49,846 nt of DNA, taken from assembly GCA_027451045.1 (NCBI GenBank), contig DAIDKC010000073.1, positions 1 to 49,846 on the forward strand. Direction: 5' to 3'. This document shows, piece by piece, positions 28,254 through 38,000 of this stretch (its first letter is position 1; each line of letters begins with the position of its first letter). The notes beneath the pieces are model-generated. The model searched no databases. It saw nothing but the letters and a program-made list of their open reading frames with translations, and was not told where the DNA came from. The translations under genes were made by a program, and so were the position numbers. This DNA is from Holophagaceae bacterium. Its GTDB lineage: Bacteria; Acidobacteriota; Holophagae; Holophagales; Holophagaceae.

Positions 28254-29276
28254 TCAGGCCCCCAGCTTGAGGTCGGCGTCGGCGTTGCGGGGCCAGGGCT
28301 CAGGGTCCACCGGCAGCAGCGCCCCTGCGGCGGCGATCATGGCGCCGTTGTCCGTGCAGAGCCTCGGCTCGGGAATGGCCAGGGCCAACCCCTCCCGGGC
28401 TGCCAGGGCCTCGGCATCCTTGCGCAGCCGCGAGTTGCACGCCACGCCGCCGCTGAGGATCAGGCTCCGGGCGCCGTGCTCGCGGGCGAGGGAGGGGACG
28501 GGCTTGAGCAGCCAGCCGGAGATGGCCTCCTGCAGGCTGCGGCAGAGGCCCTGGACTTCAGGGTCCTCGGCGCCTCCTCCGGCGAGCCTCGGATCGCGCT
28601 CCACCCGCAGCTTCACGGCCGTCTTGAGGCCCGAGAAGCTCCAGGCGGCCCTGCCGTCGCGGAACTTCGGGGGCGTGAAGGGTTCGGCGGCCTTCGGCGC
28701 GCGGCTCGCACAGGTGTCCACCACGGGGCCGCCGGGATAGCCCAGGTTGAGCATGCGGGCGGCCTTGTCGAAGGCCTCGCCGGCGGCGTCATCCCGGGTC
28801 TTCTGCAGCAGCTCCAGGGAGGTCCAGTCCCTTGCCAGGTAGATGTGGGTGTGGCCGCCGGAGACCAGCAGGGCCAGGGCGGGGAAGGGCAGGTCCGGCG
28901 CCGCGAAGCGGGCGGCGTTCAGGTGCCCCAGCAGGTGGTGGACGCCGGTCCAGGGGATGCCCTCGCGCCAGGCGACGGCCTTGCTGGCGCTGAAGGTGGC
29001 CAGCAGACTGCCCACGAGGCCGGGCCCGCGCGTGACGGCGATGCGGTCGAGATCCTTCAGGCCGAGACCGGCCTTGGCCAGGGCGTCGGCCATCACGGCC
29101 CGTACCTGGAGGAGGTGCTCCCGGGCCGCCAGCTCGGGCACCACGCCGCCGAAGGGGCCGTGGATGCCGTCCTGGCTCTTGCGCACCAGGGACTTCAGCA
29201 CCGGCCCGGAGGCCGTCTCCTCCACCACGGCGGCAGAGCAGTCGTCGCAGGAGGACTCGAGACCCAGGACCAGCAT
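28254..29276 (-). CDS. tsaD: t6A37 threonylcarbamoyltransferase TsaD
   Basis: LGLESSCDD, GGVVPELAAREH, HHLLGH, VSGGHT, DDAAGEAFDK, TDNGAMI. Confidence 0.98.
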   Translation of the reverse strand: MLVLGLESSCDDCSAAVVEETASGPVLKSLVRKSQDGIHGPFGGVVPELAAREHLLQVRAVMADALAKAGLGLKDLDRIAVTRGPGLVGSLLATFSASKAVAWREGIPWTGVHHLLGHLNAARFAAPDLPFPALALLVSGGHTHIYLARDWTSLELLQKTRDDAAGEAFDKAARMLNLGYPGGPVVDTCASRAPKAAEPFTPPKFRDGRAAWSFSGLKTAVKLRVERDPRLAGGGAEDPEVQGLCRSLQEAISGWLLKPVPSLAREHGARSLILSGGVACNSRLRKDAEALAAREGLALAIPEPRLCTDNGAMIAAAGALLPVDPEPWPRNADADLKLGA

Positions 29277-29299
29277 CCGCCAAGTGTACCCTGGGGCGG

Positions 29300-31666
29300 A
29301 TGTCCCTGGTCCCCACCCTCGTCCAGCTCAACCGTCCCCTGCCGCCCCTCACCTACCTGGCGCCGGAGGGGCTGCCGGCCTGGGTGCGGGTGCGGGTGAA
29401 GGTGCGGAACAGCGTGGCCGTCGGCCTGGCCATGGGGCCGGAGCTGGCGGGGGGGGACCGCCTGCTCGCTGATGCTCGCGAAGTCCCCTCCGCGGCCCAC
29501 CCCGGGATGGGCGGGCCGAGCCCGTCCATCCCGTCTGCCCGACCAGAGCGGCGGATCGTGCTGCGCCCCATCGAGTCCGTGGTGGATCCCTTCCCCCTGC
29601 CGCCGCCGGCCCTGCGGGAGCTGCTGGCCTTCGCCGCCCGCTACTACGGCTGCCTGGAGGCCCACCTGCTGCCCCTGGCCCTGCCGCAGGCGCTGCTGCC
29701 CCGCTGGGAGGCCGAGGAGGACGGCCAGGCCCTGGCCTTCTTCCGCGACAGCGGCCGCTGGCCCTCGCTGGCGGAATTGGGCGAGGCCTGGCACCGGGAG
29801 CCCTCGATCCTGCCCACCCTGCTCCACCGGCAGGACCTGCGGTCGGCGGGCTTCACCGAGGTGCACCTGACGGGGCGGCCCCATCCTGCGCGGGTCACGC
29901 CCGCCCAGGCCAAGGTGCTCCTCGCCCTGGAGGATGCGGGCGGGTCCCTGCTGGAGGCCGACCTCCTGGAGGCCGCAGGCGTGGGCCCCTCCGTCCTGGC
30001 CACCCTGGAGAAGCGCGGGCTCCTGGAGCGGATGAAGCGCGTGGACCTCCTGGCCCAGCGCCGGGAGGCGGGCCGCGACCGGGTGGTGGAGCTGAACGCC
30101 GAGCAGCGGGCGGCGCGGGATGCGGTGGCGCTGGACGCCTTCGGGGTGCACTTGCTGCAGGGGGTCACGGGTTCGGGCAAGACGGAGGTGTACCTCGCCC
30201 TGGCGGAGCGGGTGCTGGCCGCGGGGAAGCGGGTGCTCTGGCTGGTCCCGGAGATCGGCCTCACGCCCCGCCTGCTGGATCGCCTGGAGGCCCGCTTCCC
30301 GGGCCGGGTCGCCGTGGGCCACGCCGGGCTCAACGCCAGCGAGAAGCACGGCGACGTGGTGCGCCTCCTGGGCAACGGGGCCGGCCTCTTCGTGGGGGTG
30401 CGGAACGCCGTGCTGGCACCCCTGCGCCACACCGGCCTCGTGGTGGTGGACGAGGAGCACGAGGGCTCCTACAAGTCCGAGGAGCACCCCCGCATCCACG
30501 CCCGGGATCTCGCCGTGAAGCGCGCCCAGATCGAGGGCTGCCCCGTGGTGCTGGGCAGCGCCACTCCCAGCCTGGAGAGCTGGCACGCCGCTCTGGCGGG
30601 GCGCTACAGGCTCCTCCGGCTGCGGGAGCGGCCTGCCGGCGTGACCCTGCCCAAGGTGGAGATCGTGGACCTGCGGGACGCCTACCGGGAGGCGCGCCGG
30701 AAGGTGATCCTCTCGTCAGCCCTGCAGAAGGCGATCGCGGACACGCTGGCCCGGGGCGAGCAGTCGCTCCTGCTGCTGAACCGGCGGGGCTACGAGAACT
30801 TCTGGATGTGCCGGGCCTGCGGCCGGACCCTGGGCTGCCCCCACTGCGCGATCTCGCTCACCTACCACCGCGGCGACTACCGCCTGCGCTGCCACCTCTG
30901 CGGCCACGAGACGGTGCCCCCGGAGGCCTGCCCGGAGTGCGGCGCCGAGCATCTGCGGGGCGTGGGCGAGGGGACGGAGCAGGTGGAGGAGCACCTGGCG
31001 GGCCTCTTTCCCGGCGCGCGCCTCCTCCGCCTGGATCGCGACACCACCCGGCGGCGGGGGGCCCTGGAGGCGGGCCTCCTGGCCGCCGAGCAGGGCCAAG
31101 TGGATCTCCTGGTGGGCACCCAGATGCTGGCCAAGGGGCACACCTTCCCGAAGCTGACGCTGGTGGGGGTGCTCAATGCCGACCAGGGCCTCAAGGTGGC
31201 CGACTTCCGTGCCGCGGAGCGCACCTTCCAGCTCCTCACTCAGGTGGCGGGCCGGGCCGGTCGGGCGGACCGGCCGGGCCGCGTGATCCTCCAGACCTAC
31301 TCCCCGGACCACCCGGCCATCACCTTCGCCCTGGCCCAGGACTTCGAGGGCTTCGCGGCTTCCGAGTTCCCCTTCCGGGAGGGCCTGGGCTACCCGCCCT
31401 TCAGCGCCCTCAGTCTCTACCGGGCCGAGGCGGACACGCCCGGGGAGGCCCGGGAGGCCCTGGAAGCCTTCCGCCGCGGCCTGACCGTGCCCGGTCTCCG
31501 GGTCCTCGGGCCGCTGGAGGCCCCCGTGCCGCGGGTGCGGGACCGCTGGCGCATGCACCTGCTCCTCAAGGGGCCGCGCGGCGCCCTCGGGGAAGTGCTC
31601 CGCCGCCATCCCCTGCCGCCGGCCGGACCCGTCAGCCTGGACCGGGATCCGGTGCAGTTCGGGTGA
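29300..31666 (+). CDS. priA: Primosomal protein N' (replication restart helicase)
   Basis: GVTGSGKTEVY, DEEH, LGSATPS, NRRGY, four CxxC, GTQMLAKG, QVAGRAGR. Confidence 0.97.
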   Translation: MSLVPTLVQLNRPLPPLTYLAPEGLPAWVRVRVKVRNSVAVGLAMGPELAGGDRLLADAREVPSAAHPGMGGPSPSIPSARPERRIVLRPIESVVDPFPLPPPALRELLAFAARYYGCLEAHLLPLALPQALLPRWEAEEDGQALAFFRDSGRWPSLAELGEAWHREPSILPTLLHRQDLRSAGFTEVHLTGRPHPARVTPAQAKVLLALEDAGGSLLEADLLEAAGVGPSVLATLEKRGLLERMKRVDLLAQRREAGRDRVVELNAEQRAARDAVALDAFGVHLLQGVTGSGKTEVYLALAERVLAAGKRVLWLVPEIGLTPRLLDRLEARFPGRVAVGHAGLNASEKHGDVVRLLGNGAGLFVGVRNAVLAPLRHTGLVVVDEEHEGSYKSEEHPRIHARDLAVKRAQIEGCPVVLGSATPSLESWHAALAGRYRLLRLRERPAGVTLPKVEIVDLRDAYREARRKVILSSALQKAIADTLARGEQSLLLLNRRGYENFWMCRACGRTLGCPHCAISLTYHRGDYRLRCHLCGHETVPPEACPECGAEHLRGVGEGTEQVEEHLAGLFPGARLLRLDRDTTRRRGALEAGLLAAEQGQVDLLVGTQMLAKGHTFPKLTLVGVLNADQGLKVADFRAAERTFQLLTQVAGRAGRADRPGRVILQTYSPDHPAITFALAQDFEGFAASEFPFREGLGYPPFSALSLYRAEADTPGEAREALEAFRRGLTVPGLRVLGPLEAPVPRVRDRWRMHLLLKGPRGALGEVLRRHPLPPAGPVSLDRDPVQFG

Positions 31667-31805
31667 TGTAAAAAAAAATTACACTTGCGTCATGGCCGAA
31701 GGCTTCAGCTCGTGACGTATTTACCATCTGATGCATCCATTCATGATAAAAAGCGCTGTTCCCTCCCGCTGCCCGTCCGATCCTTTCCTTGCTCCCGAGG
31801 CCAGC

Positions 31806-32507
31806 ATGTCCAACCCCCCACGCCAAACGGGCTTCACCCTCATCGAGCTCCTGGTGGTGCTGGTCATCATCGGCGTGCTTGCCATCGCCGGTGCGGCCTG
31901 GAACACGAACCGCCCCAGCACGGCGGTCCGGGGGGTGACCAACGATGTCTACGGCCTGATCCGGGCCGCCCAGACCCTTGCCCGCAACTCCGGCCGGAAT
32001 GTCGCGCTCCAGACCCAGGGGACCGAGCCCGGGCATACCCTCACGCTGGCCTACGGCTTCTTCGCCCAGAAATCGGACGGGACCGACGACTTCACCAAGG
32101 GCCCCGGGGCCACCTCCGCCAACCCCGTGATGGGCAGCCTGACCATTGATCTTTCCCTGAGCCGCTATGCGCAGGTGGCCGATGCCGCCACGGGCCAGTT
32201 CGCCGCCATCCTGCCCAACCCCGCCCCCCAGGACGACACGGTGCTGAAGACCCTGGAACCGTCCTCCTTCTGGACGGATTCGGACAACAACCTCTTCCAG
32301 GGGGCCAGCACGCCGAGCAATGCCTTCTATTTCCTCCCGGACGGGACGCCGAGCGCCGACTTCTACGTCGCGATCACTGGTGTCCGGAGCGGGGTGGTCA
32401 GCAGCGACCTTCCGGTGGGGCTCATCCTGGCCTCCCGGAACGATGGCCTCCTCTCCTTCCTGAAGTCCCAGAGCAACGACGCGAACTCTCCCTGGAGCCG
32501 CCTATGA
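31806..32507 (+). CDS. Type IV prepilin, FimT/FimU/GspH-like
   Basis: G|FTLIELLVVLVIIGVL cleavage/methylation motif. Confidence 0.85.
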   Translation: MSNPPRQTGFTLIELLVVLVIIGVLAIAGAAWNTNRPSTAVRGVTNDVYGLIRAAQTLARNSGRNVALQTQGTEPGHTLTLAYGFFAQKSDGTDDFTKGPGATSANPVMGSLTIDLSLSRYAQVADAATGQFAAILPNPAPQDDTVLKTLEPSSFWTDSDNNLFQGASTPSNAFYFLPDGTPSADFYVAITGVRSGVVSSDLPVGLILASRNDGLLSFLKSQSNDANSPWSRL

Positions 32508-33040
32508 GGCGCAGATCCCCGGTTTCCTCCCCGCGGGGCTTCTCCCTGATCGAATTCCTGATGGTGGCGATCATCCTGGGCATCGGGCTGCTCGGGCTGG
32601 CGGCCCTCACCACCACCGCCATGCGGGGCTACAGCGGCAGCCGGACCCGCGATTCCGCCATCGCCCTCTCCAGCAGCGTCCTGGACCGTCTTTCGGTGGA
32701 TGGCCGGATCAGCGCCGAACTCCGGAGCATCGGCTCCACCATCCCCGCCACCGCCCTGCTGGCCAACGCCACTGACGATGCGGTGAACACCTACACCGAC
32801 CCTGCCACCAAGCTCGGGACCTTCGACCTCCAGGGGCAGCCCAGTTCCACCCAGCCGGTCTTCACGGTGAACTGGATCCGGCGGGCCGCCAAGGGCCTCA
32901 CCCCCGATCCCGGGAGCCTGGCCGAGGGCGCCGAGGTGGTGGTCAACATCCAGTGGAACCAGGCCGTGAAGAACGCCAGCACGGGCGCCACCACGGTCCT
33001 GCCCCACTACATCAGCGCCAGCCGGTTCATCCGCTACTGA
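32504..33040 (+). CDS. Minor pilin, PilV-like
   Basis: G|FSLIEFLMVAIILGIGLLGLAAL; position in cluster. Confidence 0.85.
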   Translation: MRRRSPVSSPRGFSLIEFLMVAIILGIGLLGLAALTTTAMRGYSGSRTRDSAIALSSSVLDRLSVDGRISAELRSIGSTIPATALLANATDDAVNTYTDPATKLGTFDLQGQPSSTQPVFTVNWIRRAAKGLTPDPGSLAEGAEVVVNIQWNQAVKNASTGATTVLPHYISASRFIRY

Positions 33041-33047
33041 GGGATTC

Positions 33048-34280
33048 ATGCGACTGGATCATCCTTTCCCCTCCCGGCGGTCCCAGGGCTTCTCCCTGGT
33101 CGAGCTGCTGGTGGCGCTCGTCTTCATCTCCTTCCTCATGGCGGGCATGCTCCGGATCTACGGGAGCGCCATCCAGGGTTTCGCCACCGCCAACGAGACC
33201 ATCAAGGCCCAGCGGGACAACCGGTGGGCCATGGATACGCTCCAGGACGACCTGCAGTCCGCCGGATATTTCTATCCCGTCCGTCCGGTGATCTCCACGG
33301 TGGACAACGTGGACTCCTCGGCCCAGAACCCGGTGATGATCCTGCCCGGGCAGACCATGACCAACAAGTTCATCGCCGATCCCAACAATCCTTCGGCCAC
33401 GCCCACCAACGAGACGATCACCTACGACGAGCTCGACTACCTGACCGACCAGGTGCTCCCCATCACCGCGACCCTGTCGGCCACCCCCACCGATACGACC
33501 CACATCTCCGTCACCGCTTCCTACGGTGATCTGTCCCTCATCCATTCCGGCGACTTCGCCATGATCCTGGACGCCCCCTACCCGGGGAACGAGATGGACA
33601 TCGTCGTGGTCGGCGGTGGCCCCTACAGCGGGACCTCGGGGACGCTCTCCCTGAGCGTGGCCCAGATGCAGGACCCGAACACGGGCGCACCCCTCGGAGC
33701 CTATGGATCCCTGCGGTCCCTGTATCACCAGCCGGGCACCACGGTCGTGTTCATCCGGCCCTACCAGGTGGTCCGCTACGCCCTGCTCCCCATGGCCCTG
33801 GATCCCGCCAATCCCCAGGCCACGGTGCCCTGCATGGTGCGGGACCAGGCCAACTATCCCTCCGACGGCTCCCGCATCGCCTGGCCCGCTGCCACGGCCG
33901 ACGCCTCCACCCTCGCGACCGCCGGCGTCACCCGGACCGTCGTGGCGGAGAATGTCGTCGGCATGCGCTTCGACATGAGCGCCAACCTGGGTCAGTCCTG
34001 GACGCGTGCCGCGGACTGGCCGACCACCCAGGCCAACCTCAACGCCCAGCTGGCCACCCTGGCCGCCGCCAATCCCGGGGTCGCCTATGTCAGTTCCACC
34101 CAGGACCCCAACAACCGGCTGTGGTACCGCTATGCCCCGATCCTCTTCCGGGTGGATCTCACCACCCGCACGGTGGTGCGCCGGGCCGAGTACAACACCA
34201 CCACCACGCCGACCCTGGCCTATCGGACCCGCACCCAGACCCTGTTCGTCCAGCCCCGGAACTTCGGGTACGGACTGTGA
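33048..34280 (+). CDS. Minor pilin, PilW-like
   Basis: G|FSLVELLVAL, DLQSAGY, VAENV..MRF, C-terminal PRN. Confidence 0.88.
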   Translation: MRLDHPFPSRRSQGFSLVELLVALVFISFLMAGMLRIYGSAIQGFATANETIKAQRDNRWAMDTLQDDLQSAGYFYPVRPVISTVDNVDSSAQNPVMILPGQTMTNKFIADPNNPSATPTNETITYDELDYLTDQVLPITATLSATPTDTTHISVTASYGDLSLIHSGDFAMILDAPYPGNEMDIVVVGGGPYSGTSGTLSLSVAQMQDPNTGAPLGAYGSLRSLYHQPGTTVVFIRPYQVVRYALLPMALDPANPQATVPCMVRDQANYPSDGSRIAWPAATADASTLATAGVTRTVVAENVVGMRFDMSANLGQSWTRAADWPTTQANLNAQLATLAAANPGVAYVSSTQDPNNRLWYRYAPILFRVDLTTRTVVRRAEYNTTTTPTLAYRTRTQTLFVQPRNFGYGL

Positions 34281-34287
34281 GGCAGCC

Positions 34288-35007
34288 ATGATTCCCACCT
34301 CGCCCCACCCGGTGATCCCGCACCGCCTCCGGCGCCAGCGGGGCGGCATGACCATTGTGATGGCGCTCATCCTGCTCGTGGTGCTGAGCCTGGCGGCCTT
34401 CAGCCTCAGCCGCAACGCCATCCGGGAACTCACCACCAGCGGGCACCTCATCCAGGGCGACAAGGCCGCCGAGGCGGCCGACGCGGGCCTCGATTGGTAC
34501 TTGGTCTGGTCCCTCCCGGCCAACACCACCCTGGCCTACTCCACCACCGCCTCCGTGGGCAACAACACCCTGGCGAAGGCCCTGACGGACCTCACGGCGC
34601 TGGACTGGCACACCCGGCTGGCGAACGATGGGCTGCTGCTCAATACCTCCTCGTCCATGGACTGGGACCGGGCCGCCCTCGTGTCCAGCCAGGAAGGACA
34701 GACCGCCAGCAACCAGATGGTGTTCGACAACACCTCCTCCTCCGCCGTCTACCAGGCCAAGAACAGTGGCGGCAGCCCGGTGGTCCAGCGTTTCGACCTG
34801 CAGATCCGCTGGCTGGGCAAGGACGATCTCTCCCTCACCGGCACGGCCAGCGGCAGCAACGGGAGCGGCACCAACTTCCTGTGGCAGGTCATCAGCACCG
34901 GCTATGCCGCCGTTCCCATGGGGGGCGGCAACTACCTCCGCTACCAGCAGCGCCGGGAACTCATCCTCACCGCTCCGCCGTCCCAGAGCGCTGCCGCCGG
35001 CCAATAG
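34288..35007 (+). CDS. Minor pilin, PilX-like
   Basis: QRGG|MTIVMALILL lacking Glu+5; AADAGL motif. Confidence 0.85.
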   Translation: MIPTSPHPVIPHRLRRQRGGMTIVMALILLVVLSLAAFSLSRNAIRELTTSGHLIQGDKAAEAADAGLDWYLVWSLPANTTLAYSTTASVGNNTLAKALTDLTALDWHTRLANDGLLLNTSSSMDWDRAALVSSQEGQTASNQMVFDNTSSSAVYQAKNSGGSPVVQRFDLQIRWLGKDDLSLTGTASGSNGSGTNFLWQVISTGYAAVPMGGGNYLRYQQRRELILTAPPSQSAAAGQ

Positions 35008-35050
35008 CGTCTTCCCCTGTCCCTTTCCTCGGCTCTCACCGGGAGGCCCC

Positions 35051-38000
35051 ATGTCCCTCGCCTCGCGCTTCCGTCCCTTTGCCCTGGTGTTCTTCGCCTG
35101 TGCATGCCTGCTGCCCCTCCGGGGCCAGGGGGATCCCCGCCTCCAGTCCGTGAACACGGACCTGCTGGACCTCTACAAGGTCAGCGCCGCCAAACCCGAG
35201 CTGCTCACCATCTTCGACTTCTCAGGGTCCATGCATGCCATCTACTGGCAGCAGCAGTACTACACCGATGCCAACCAGGATTCCCACAATGCGCAGTGGA
35301 ATTTTCAGAATTTTCGGGGAACCGTATCAAACTCTGGAGATTTTCCGGGCATTGTACCTGGCCTGGACGCCAACGGCTATATCCACATGATGTACGGAAC
35401 GGGTTATTTCAAGGGAGGCGGGTCTGCTGGCCAGCCTTTGTACGATGATTCTGAATCCTCTATTTTCGCGGATCCGTACGGAAAACAGGGACCTGTTCTG
35501 GTGGCGCCGAATGGGGACATCATCGCGATTGACCACACCCAGACCTACAGCCGAAGCCAGCTGGATGCCTTCGTCCAGCAGGCCAGTCATATCCGGGTGA
35601 CGGCCACGGCGAACGTGGTCCTCGACGGCGTGAGCCAGAGCGTGACCCGGACGATTGACCTGCCCATCCCCTGGGCGATCATGGATCCCACCGCCACGGG
35701 CAACAACAACGCCTACAACACCATCTCCTACGTGGCGGATCCCTCCGGCGGACCCTCGGTGACTCCCGACACCCTCTACCAGTCCACCAGCCAGGATAAC
35801 ATCGTTAATTCAAGTGTTTATAACGACTGGCTCAATGGCTGGAATGGCGGCTACCTATGGAAGATAGGCCGGTTCCACTACAACCTGGACTACCTCTGGT
35901 GGGTCTTCTTCGGCACGGATGTCCGCAACAGCACCAACAACGGGTCCACGGACACCGGGCACTTCGTGATCCCCGCCGTGTACGACTCCCTGGGCTCCGG
36001 CTTCGAGCCCACCTCGGCGCCCCTGGCCGCCTGGCCCACCAGCACCTACCCGGCTAAAACCTGGAGCAACGGCCTGGTGGGTTTCACCCGCTTCCAGGCC
36101 CTGAAGAACGCCGTGGTCCGCGCCTGGTTCGCCAACCAGACCAAGGTGTGGTGGGGCTACCGCTACATTGACGACAACGAGGACGGCACCACTGAGGTGA
36201 GTGCCGACAACGGGAATGCCGCTTCCACCACCATCAGCCGCGACATCCGCCTGTTCCGCACCGCCACCAGCAGCACCACCCCCGACCAGCAGCTCAGCAA
36301 GTTCCTGGCGGCAGCCCCCCAGACCAGCACGCCCCTGGCCCACGCCCTGGCCAACGCCTATGCCCAGCTGGCCCAGACGCAGGATTCCAATAGCACTTTC
36401 GGCACCGCCAATGTCAGCAGCAACGGGCAGTCCGGGACGGAGAATCCTATCCCGCCCTGCCGCAACTCCTTCGTGGTGGTCTTCACCGACGGCATCGCCA
36501 ACGACCAGGGCCTGGGCACGGGGGACCCCTATGCAGCCGGGACCGCCGCCACGGGCAACAGCGCCCTGGGCAGCCTGTCGAACCTGATGCCGGGGGGACC
36601 GGATTTCAACATCTGGACCCTGGCGGGGGCGGCCGCCCACTACCAGGTCAGCTCCTATACTGGTCCCTCTGGCGGAGGCAACTCGTCTTGGGAGGATCTG
36701 GATAGCTCCGACCAGGCGCCCTGGCTCATCACCTCCCGGGGCGCCACCCCCAGCAGCCCCCGCCGGGCCCGGACCATGACGGTGGCCATGAGCGTGGCGG
36801 GCTCCCTCTCGGACACCGCCAGCGGCAAGGCGGACCTCTTCCGGGCGGCCCTCTACGGCAACCCCAATCCCAGCAATGACACCTGGAACCTCAACACCCC
36901 CCCCTTCGATCCCACCAATCCCAGCAGCGATCCCAACATCAACCCCTTCTTCTTCGACGCCACGGATGTCAACAAGCTGAGTTCCGCCGTCACGGCCATC
37001 CTGGCGGAGGTGACCAAGGCCTCCGCCGCCGTCGCCGCGCCCAGCAGCCCCCTGGTGGGCCTCTCCCTGGGGAACCAGGTCTACCTGGGCCTCTTCGAGA
37101 CCGCCGACGGTCCTCGCTGGAAGGGCGACCTCCTCATGGCGGGCCTCCAGGTCAGTTCGTCCTCCGGGGTGAACTTCCTGGACAAGAACGGCAACGTGGT
37201 GCAGAACATCAACGCCGGTAACGCGGTGTGGTCCGCGAACTACAACGTGTTCAACAACAAGAGCCGGACTTGGCAGACGCGCAACATCTACACCAACCTG
37301 CCGGGAACCACCACGGTCGTTCCCTTTAATGAAAGCGACACCCAGATCACGGCCGCCATGGTGGGCGCCACCAACGCCACCGACCGGACGGCCTACATCC
37401 GGTTCATGCGGGGCGCCGAGACGGCGGCGGAAACCGACGCCTCGGACACCAACCCCCGGTGGGACATCATGGGCGACATCGTCAGCAGTTCCCCGGCGGT
37501 GCTGGAGTACCCGTACGATCCCACCCTGCTGGCGGCCGTCAGTCCCAAGCTCGCCGCCCTCGCCGTGCCATCGGGCGTCACCCCCCACTTCCGGGTCATC
37601 TTCGTGGGGGACAACCAGGGCATCTTCCACGCTTTCGGGGAGGTGAGCTGGACGGTCCAGAAGTCCATCACCACCACCGATGCCAACGGGAACACCACCA
37701 CCGTCAACGTCACCGTCCCCCAGGGGGACGTGGACGAGCTGTGGGCCTTCATCCCCGGGGAATTCCTCCAGTACATCCCCCAGTTGCGCAACAGCGCCAA
37801 TCCCCACCGCTACCGGATGGACGGCTCCCCCTACATCTACTTCGACGATGTTCCCGCCGCGGGCCAGAACGCCGGTGACGGCGTGGTGGACGGCTCCGAC
37901 GTGGTCCGAGTCATCGTCGGGGAGCGGAAGGGCGGGCGCTCCTACTACGCGTTCGACTTCTCCAACCTCGCATCGGTGGTGGCCAACACGGGGAACACCC

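Noticed and set aside
31806-35007. Pilins as conductive e-pili
   Set aside because: They are long minor pilins, not short aromatic-rich major pilins.
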